From positions 62-64,061 of the forward strand of contig CAYTHL010000002.1 in assembly GCA_964437615.1 (NCBI GenBank): 64,000 nucleotides of DNA, in the 5' to 3' direction. A program made the position numbers and the translations under genes. A model generated the notes under the pieces. The model was not told the origin of the DNA. It ran no database searches and saw only the letters and a list, made by a program, of their open reading frames with translations. Source of the DNA: an uncultured Lachnospiraceae bacterium. GTDB taxonomy: Bacteria > Bacillota > Clostridia > Christensenellales > UBA1242. Below are positions 63,601-64,000 of this stretch, piece after piece; position 1 is the stretch's first letter, and each line of letters starts with the position of its first letter.

Positions 63601-64000
63601 CGAGGGATATTTTGATTTGTCTTTAAGTAATATATTTAACTATGCTAATGTTGACACAAATAGCAAATACAGTTTAATCTCTGGGCTATTTACAATTACA
63701 ATAAACGGCGACGAAATAGATTCTGCAGATATAAACATTAGCAAGGGCGGCCAAGAGATTACTACAAAATACTCAGATTACTATCAGGTTGTTGGTATAA
63801 TAATAAGCAACGATGTCATGGCCGATATAAAAATTTATAAGGGCGTTTCAAAAGACGACGAGCCTTCTATAAAAGTTTCTTTTAAAATTATGGCAAACGC
63901 TAATACTGGCTTCCCTGATGTTCAGATTACGGCTGGAAACAAAAGCAACGAAGGCTCTTCTGGCGTAACCGCCAATAGTGCTTCAATTATTTCAAAAGAT
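42683..64000 (+). CDS. Giant surface (lipo)protein, partial: at least 7,106 aa and open at the window end; multi-module InlB-B-repeat/Flg_new-like
   Basis: I translated this frame by hand from the ATG at 42683 (GGGGG SD-like at 42674-42678) to nt 64000 and found no TAA/TAG/TGA. Residues 50-80 are ...KKASKAKTARFKLGKCCLMFAALLFCAIGLTAC (basic n-region, hydrophobic core, lipobox L-T-A-C; Cys80 at 42920-42922). All track ORFs within 42.7-64 kb are short and in other frames or antisense. Confidence 0.9.
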   Translation, partial: MFNKNRNLKNNNCSGFSQANTCCTSTLAESKCASIGFGTCSNVGTSSKKASKAKTARFKLGKCCLMFAALLFCAIGLTACSWISQSTSAGSTEYDSDGRLRIASTSILLDSEGTDGSVTDTTGSFYWLMSYYINSSNSNFTYSNMMDQSGYTTLIYTDAEGNNYPSSMVGYYNSGERVIREYTNSNGDTASGTITINSAGYYYIAADQTGVKAIAVSNDYYLKDIGLVAANGQNLGSNGQIPEKNSISIVYPYYNVTIDGIITQIKVAVEYSALKIDLASDPSSSQAKINPLTLATDQNSNTADINDVFTFSYRSGTSGDWTECTSGMASAFVGEDGGFYLRFNPNLNKGSTTRSIRLQSITKENANSDANANRGNSTINSPVSFSTYKLTFTSNVTNSSTATFESLSYDEDQYYFAEKTSAINTGILGASTKNPNGINYYTTLTGYFVSGRVVDVSKYVVATSTTKDGVTDYSYTGDYALQPWTLNGKAEYSTIYKQSLPLLSESNPIAFDSSLYIENDKNCVSYTALSLGVGQSILYEDYPTIYTYLSTTTNPYAETIDSFTLNPSATGSDTTGTTYFVYKDTLSVVACSLVASGTFYGNIAKVKNFVSSGTIYDGDKMFSSGNTARLDGYYIYVYQLAQDSTLADIDIGKDNLLIYYKPNSTTGTPTANYNAYKEIYGDIILSDNTWTNGYFSLSNLAYNCYVVFMKEDTVTDETDKTSESFYTFYSASMTKITEETYGLQPLKSYLLYSDRTGNAVIATIYDAASKVQVNIYVINSTNSSVITDIDDTQISYQVLSTTTTATDAFGYTTSTVIISLLLQSNTTLVGYNVETVNSIGQVKYEAQKSDANYDYILLDIGYNSNTTTYGDYIYTYYGVTETTVVKDVSSGGTLNCLMYNDEYYQYTKKDSDSSGVNYYYECLNNTENSSKTLVKSVSASTTTYKLYTYTKLENVATTQTTTESTSGDTVTVSYIITYNGYNYGVNGNTSTANNIAISATAYKVPEFKYTISSENSDSTLDMYVYYDVEAYYNSSTREYEYYYTAPLGKQTYDETESKIVTVWYNSEFYSSNINSLIDNDIDDLIDYQVMLGSDIIKKISGKKSIVFNSGKENEYTSNFDKVTNSGVSLLADHYYYVGKLGNPVNVLVSQYINTDASSTEESTIMYYDNSTGEYVYEQIYSEVASYSHVIYAVLYNDAYSQSYQYSFGYNAENKALTTTDENNETSYYYSSANSKGGSSITLYYQSGLNSSFSTLTLSITDTSTTDTSAIDTDDTDTDGTDTDETNNSENIENIKNFVNQIHNNSFVYNATVEQVTGADYYYLKNYAGPQFGSISSTMPSIMYTSYTYYFYSSDASANGNVNSFAIFIDQNGDYYYYANDTIQVESEDEEGNISSNFYLKLIKLKLNSGYYGVEVVEVSHNIFIPIITSGGKFVTSFTLGSINYTAYVSRHFYAIDANQTSLSSAIPLYQGLTSGSNTYILSSDTPTLSNTNYNYYYLVGESETKHYVVSKTVTAVLANSTGTVVRRAVLASNTATDINLIGKIIQSSDTSIVYPSFNYYLDIGSSQILVADAFDDSVEYFTVDYTTKDSVVEAFPGVKLLAGAPYANPIFYFQVKHKADEQAVVNFGIEVANAYYVEVLTNAVTSTTTNLIYDFETVSFKDTITNLTSNDYIDQMYYVLQADTLDTVVAYTKQENLTGSCPTIDSEGSGEYHVYDAAGKEIYWYHYHDGLGIETLYDCVNKEYIVISKIADYIFYPDSGNYFYVNVYNTSGRIETVYQFRKGTNEIEAIYTEYLSGSYLTIQNIKVYDDDNYVYSTNLVDEDGKILVNDQGRYTQQLYYIDPTLGKIAPLIIYKENADGSLGSINLVIWESSATGIENVPTFDAHSYYVTQSGIVMLTSDGAINEICEKLDSLFTSGIGSSITNYDYSEVLIGGLTTAYRVNANDLNSINTLSTNANDLQSYWWEDAINISNAYNSTDPYFLCGKEGVVLLANPTVVLSDENDGDIIYQFKYWMVFSRYNSNILYYNKEVTEGLADRTNSVCRFTSANAGYYIFVPVYERVYSVSIGTAVEYGANNLGGGVNIYYADGNSINLTESRYGDDADEIYFAQIEPTTVNGVTAYYYNNLTITPYFYFTGKFITTDGYTYPELKVEDNIFRYRYTLLGVEYAKYYQINVTGATITAEEISVITNFVYGEAGIVLIYGSDGEYSYYYNRTGDYNVQTISGELTTSRYYDKFAWQADNDTKTIIDYMSYMYNIDYYTDGVLSYLSGLTEYADRYLKDGISLDSKIVYYNKTEGAFYAYDTLNIQKNISLDTSLGTSSNLASWFKQYGELCATSIIKNFNAILNAPASTTTVMPDYNYTSANNLASGELYYAEDGSVNITQQYKTSYYTRDSQMVLSAVAGSGYRLEGWYLSTYNASTNSWVVSSSDITTELGVTYTDAILEVVYNQIDFNWYYVTSYSQPINGFTYYYYDKEKTQLAIVPSSLVDDVAGYYITYTENGITFYQQLFRKSLLSTEYYYDQTYSVAYDGLQTPKLMSHYEAKTEVNGKYYIGSTQIYKNGNTYYRTMNASNFTATGNKLFITNLHSNIRLVAKFIEVYQAMIFAEDSSAENIQIVSVYYNNTSGKGSAVRSDSSGNQIVALSASVTGLNNNGFTTYKFTTNIQTDSGYDFDVNGGNISINDFKYNYGNNKLTDDYWQGVIDNGSYIGGTEFNYLTVEDTGLNRVNEENLNLNTMYFDVYNSIYVVVRVYYTQKLNIHSLGLNSAYTLTPVFYPTEEYIDEVVADEDKSVNYLYYIFKVTFDRDLADYVGTTTIGEGEEESELKYTLASDSNYNSEYVVHVNRGKSLFADVIDGDYTYFYSNLFGYVDCFGQTVEFTVSQETGKITFSSDYLSALKTNLVNAGVNHLANDTRLIDTYNWDNIKDLAEYIRKTYGYNFTMAGVIIKEISEITEPIAGITTTTAKALTAKNTYEEKNYTSSYTEIINQINLYFKNQTTKITTPQLNGSTNFINFSTIPVYIYTVGMAVITDSVSTVKFDEAALEKLTGDYITAGYPSSVQEEEDDDITDFGINISSSLYTRGGTKGYTYIGAGTQTNNLSEPILGSTYSSRFEDVIFDNTDFALAENTIMVLEGLEISDEYYWYYKNNVWYVSWTEDSETYTYKFLGWYEQKLMKGDDGVYRWQDYQFMSADPVKGFASSAVADTNILAIFEKVVNFTVEGTKNNFTINLNSSGDSLNNAVVDLSDDDTTSYSGDYTISSDITMAITPTGGFRLSNNWTITVPGLENHTTIDVSKLDDIFSYSQYDADGNLVSKEGYADVVLTDTVFVSFNLDALLRYIYSDTLEVAENAEGDEDDEDNIIRFAYGSGYFVNNEGQVIDPISSLKIELEFKEVVLVTLSVEGYLYTDGDDITQSSGYNFSLVNVDGENGSYTLTRYFLTQYVAPEEGEDRGKVVNALEEILKDSAQREFLFDLNGNNLLIYGYFDVELNGHLFVQTIADDSDAAQAATLQQWWLNGYYTKTTWGYNSDSLGFYNYSNDTDYEEVFGTTSGGSGEEGSEESNIEEINVDEGDEEGGETSNGNIFDYNNLDVSTFHVFFKYLENNGTPFATGTDGITDDTIEIGNLNDELFKTSLDNRGYLLECRITRVSTLKIAYISIDSLAALEDEFTLTNNSATNSSENVNYIDQNGLISWTGMRYTIDEYNVYTEVSANDSLNLDLTAEDGATNQMCYSTYYFTNTTSITLSNLADYTTINNTVFMFVGWFKVTSGLTSNNPASGGSLIYSTTDNVYQPDTGGSYVAVFVKTATVTKVVTDYPNGTLQVNTTQPEFSYTSSDQVDCTIYNLENVMYINNAMYAMIGSTISADVSANPEYVIKDVTATYSIATYSEDDEATISMLTDENRNANSATATLLVEDTTYRIIEAEFELGYLVEVEQLYYISSAMNGIGVQYSSENFVTITDNNNNQTYNATNTENNSVNSYTFATGSNLTITFTNTPNTYGIIGFYIDGVKQDFTYDAENNTYSITVCINKHTIIEARFTTFVKVIVTTKVSGSTVNSDNYTTKFTYTDPYLNEQITISDTDTQSSNYYVLSGTLLNMSTSTELENVIFDRWYGNTVTNATSPSNSDYSTNPQYIQVVSADSSITPARNFAVAKATVHNIYANYLKNYKVTITKELLSYNIQDIGYIDETTDEPTSIFWSLLDVTITYTDQYGKNQELQMGSLKEITINVKSGTKITITSNLSELVANRYSFLIYKPITTLVVGDEDDGLYEAYQTINEVTAFTVKFSATRNLTLIRQVNNIESQDNAGCLDVGYRASQNGGASVITTLGNYSHLFVKLFNTTSITVYAANAESSGYIFAGFYINGVAVGTGTLSDGNWQLKIVDGEGENTTDTYYTKESDLSVVALYYMRTTIITAVSVDGIDGTYETDGLNGNLKFTLIGNRISDAKTSELGGIYYNTDVQSLTVSMLKNGSTHYYLSGKTLGLVADSYQGYQFEGFYYKVGLSGTWAKLSMNTSSEYSYGDTLSAILETSKMITTINDATTVYIKANFLRASNVAVQVSFLNSYNSKITSCEVPEVNYLKLNANNNDILETSTYLPYNSSTTSKYSNDNEFYFALSTYVGFKINTNYDDYYVYNIYINGKIYNGGYSYICGGYKYLVLNLASYSKPDNFNQYDANTRYNNIIIDVRLVEVVDYTIRVSVYDTEYLANIEALGVNSSLNRYAVKVDYTTISYLSTFGGLLSLNASSAANSQTGNFILLFTSTDNISGSYNTNVVSVRNGVLYVNLKLPIGSKVSAELTDSDGYSLAQNPTISGNDNNTYTYAGWFAYNGSSLVGSTSVINYTRELSFYLAQDTSVVARFDANVWAYTYDTQYSYQFNGTNFGGSKTFASTAVPGINSDTIAQQITEYLKSLNTNTGITNTFEYNGKKEAETYESITLILTGLGNNLYEIDYTYENDNDTLYSGKYTFMFMGWYQEIRDYRTEESRVYMLASTTLELGNSANSLLSDATSLTAVFTQIVDVRLNQDAINTVYYSRLANMSNTTLPLNLNSNDTVIGSSLDIYGNLNIYALYTSGIAVNGFVNYGYYNSADDNTLDTIKEYITYQIVSTLIDTEYLVTSSTADDPNVESKGNVTQGDASGNQVIVVSNNAIVYLFGEKPTTENFEEIKIYHTLYNYTIKTRNNMLYTMTATAARVETDDDEPETDDEPEVGTSSLKLLNSGAIVATSGSKLVATSATKQQNGGIEAYAAADNTGTEQYTSNTTNSGFEIGIDDDAPDLFVYIGGRLIAPSSGNDDATIKIGVRYPSGESVELNLTIDDNTGILYVTDETGTMVDPAELAALPEGTQITLSVVMSTSPTVLLRKIVLYMFKTENDWENYINSGTLPASAGYIYYASNDNTGSQIISIKLTNENSISISSSLVNQNSTTYPYFAFCVNFVNNYGIELKENELEKGNVGISYNNSEPSIDSGSVYDVIITDSDSYAFSDLTIQDTKNSEDSLSSLYDLLSKLLEDQTEYSATNLSDLVLAIQNAYGAEEDPTTYTFEDNYWTSICYNATENMPFTLYSATGSLTIKINFTFNSTKDYIGGSYITKASFKFTINSNITIITKYEHVSKVNVYLTTEGFDANTTGYKKTDSTSVGILYIQDYQIYTLDNNSKYEAINKLDKVREKYLSTLSDNLDAEFVAYYYEGGKLATTGSYTEGNDGMLITAGEEDTTSEYSKVIQEILGKTTYLSASTVSDVIKIEMLFVARVTLSVGADTLYYNPIPEEYYNENETVEGYMNQNLLNTPLYGMLYTNESLVEATEQYNNTAVSFYYTDNNYSDVSGALSVSTLLSEPTTLKLNDKYSYFSFYKWEALYDDTVVYTTEDNILLLSFNLMADICDAIKQKIENITTIDITKITLRGILKEEALTTMLEYSVSGEAFTVTTGNVDATTDTVITIIEDYKYENTDDFISLYYYKNQITDNNNINLVLGAYIYEYNAGSNTTDYKLVVAFSKNIANVANVANVASDSDPSFHVNVVASSYTNQNSQNAAKTDLLNKNYVRLVSNSDPITTAENVPLTYSNNKYYLLEGVIDQSGMLQYSDSNSVINLNYSGNKLTCYGLDSSKTSTLLSNDNNNVTNTVRYVLYASNLNLIEFGTALPTEIGLYDGDFTLNITASEDNLKTIGVSNTSLDLTNGNYGALSYLVREGTLIKAELTMNTENTTLYNNFNCIAISHSLMVSDLYAYFYSENTQIVNVTDVSLENWRTALGMEGDSNDNDYYQTLRQYSDYRIDSKATNYTFIATENVSFIADFINLFDEQRMYLTVLLAADSSFNYSLDGTANGLKEFSGKNFIIIVSTKGTTFNLTLDSIDYHYSATGEYVGWASIDIPSSNSTDDESSSDGNDSNNVVSYYTGQNIVKIEEDNNFYITIKQQNYQIGVGLVSNKFIDVAAWATERYLTLNGKNTNKIDEEGNIIYTTSYGYNLLLENGSFATSPSVYVSSSSDIDDVLEKLSGVTTAEEYTVDSYTGATLSGTVAIVTNKLNSSVYLVAQARYGYYFGGFYAVSQSALLTLNTDEQNYNNTCSAYTMKYLGGAYYLNGSSDNSTCTTRKNGSTTYYYYLLDNVDGDVEIVAVYVPFVYLLTIINKEFDESENSLNSENIYLVDPDDDEITTQGKVYAETLLITANSYTELTISSNGYSEFKGIISDEEYNLQAAYSHEEISKVDIIYTDNSTESIDIDGSTEKDRAEQIIKALNKIFDGSGTKKDNISSYTITYTSSEDGNVQTGLLSTKDARRLFPLDYSKLLAATNTTAQNTDPLSYMYLSFGDINEDITLYAYFTSIYYTLEIEIAELESSYYYYDDTTSYNYNITSKNNNTYYLSYANADSDDFVNPSADDDYGIAEDDPYIYTFYDCDGKKLANPVRVTAAMVESTATSGDTSSNYLRLIRTNQANNTYEYAYVVTKPLTSGNNLYTSDVNAEAKTTNLVCLEDVTEGYFDLSLSNIFNYANVDTNSKYSLISGLFTITINGDEIDSADINISKGGQEITTKYSDYYQVVGIIISNDVMADIKIYKGVSKDDEPSIKVSFKIMANANTGFPDVQITAGNKSNEGSSGVTANSASIISKD

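Noticed and set aside
42683-64000. The ORF track shows no long ORF here, which could suggest non-coding DNA or an alternative genetic code.
   Set aside because: Manual translation in the standard code gives one continuous frame from 42683 to the window end. The ORF is missing from the track only because it has no stop codon inside the window.
1-64000. tRNA, rRNA, tmRNA, transposase or integrase genes.
   Set aside because: I saw no T-loop/acceptor-like GGTTCGA..CCA patterns, rRNA signatures, DDE/tyrosine-recombinase motifs or IS inverted repeats on reading either strand. A covariance-model scan could still find small RNAs I missed.

Overview
Low-GC Firmicutes/Clostridia-like chromosomal segment; an intact pro-sigma-K gene and a class A RNase P RNA are present. 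It falls into three parts. (1) 0-26 kb holds ordinary housekeeping genes, mostly on the minus strand: prfA, prmC, rpmE, a SipW-type signal peptidase with a possible substrate gene, dinB, a glmS-glmM-LbH acetyltransferase operon, hup, a GDPD-family gene, a pnuC-like gene, helD, rarA, rnpB, sigK, and a U32 peptidase/O-methyltransferase/RNase J operon. A hairpin-rich repeat family is inserted 3' of three of these minus-strand genes. (2) 26.2-42.4 kb is a compact phage-derived packaging, head, tail-fibre and holin cluster with start/stop-overlapping genes. It encodes TerL, portal, scaffold, major capsid protein, three large tail proteins, two holin-like proteins and a sigma-region-4-like regulator. 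I recognised no integrase, repressor, replication gene, tail tube, tape measure or endolysin. Two copies of a conserved promoter-like motif lie inside the cluster, and a perfect Gram-positive LexA (GAAC-N4-GTTC) box lies at its right edge. (3) 42,683-64,000 is one uninterrupted plus-strand ORF of at least 7,106 codons that runs off the window, so it has no stop and is absent from the supplied ORF track. It starts with a Cys-rich leader plus a lipoprotein-type signal and is Tyr/Thr/Asn/Ser/Asp-rich. From about 48.7 kb onward it carries at least 13 divergent G[YF]xFxGW[YF]-type modules (InlB B-repeat / Flg_new-like) separated by acidic linkers. The giant surface-protein gene and the adjacent SOS-box-linked, structural-only phage-like cluster are the main candidates for novelty. 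All functional calls rest on motif recognition by eye; no database search was run.
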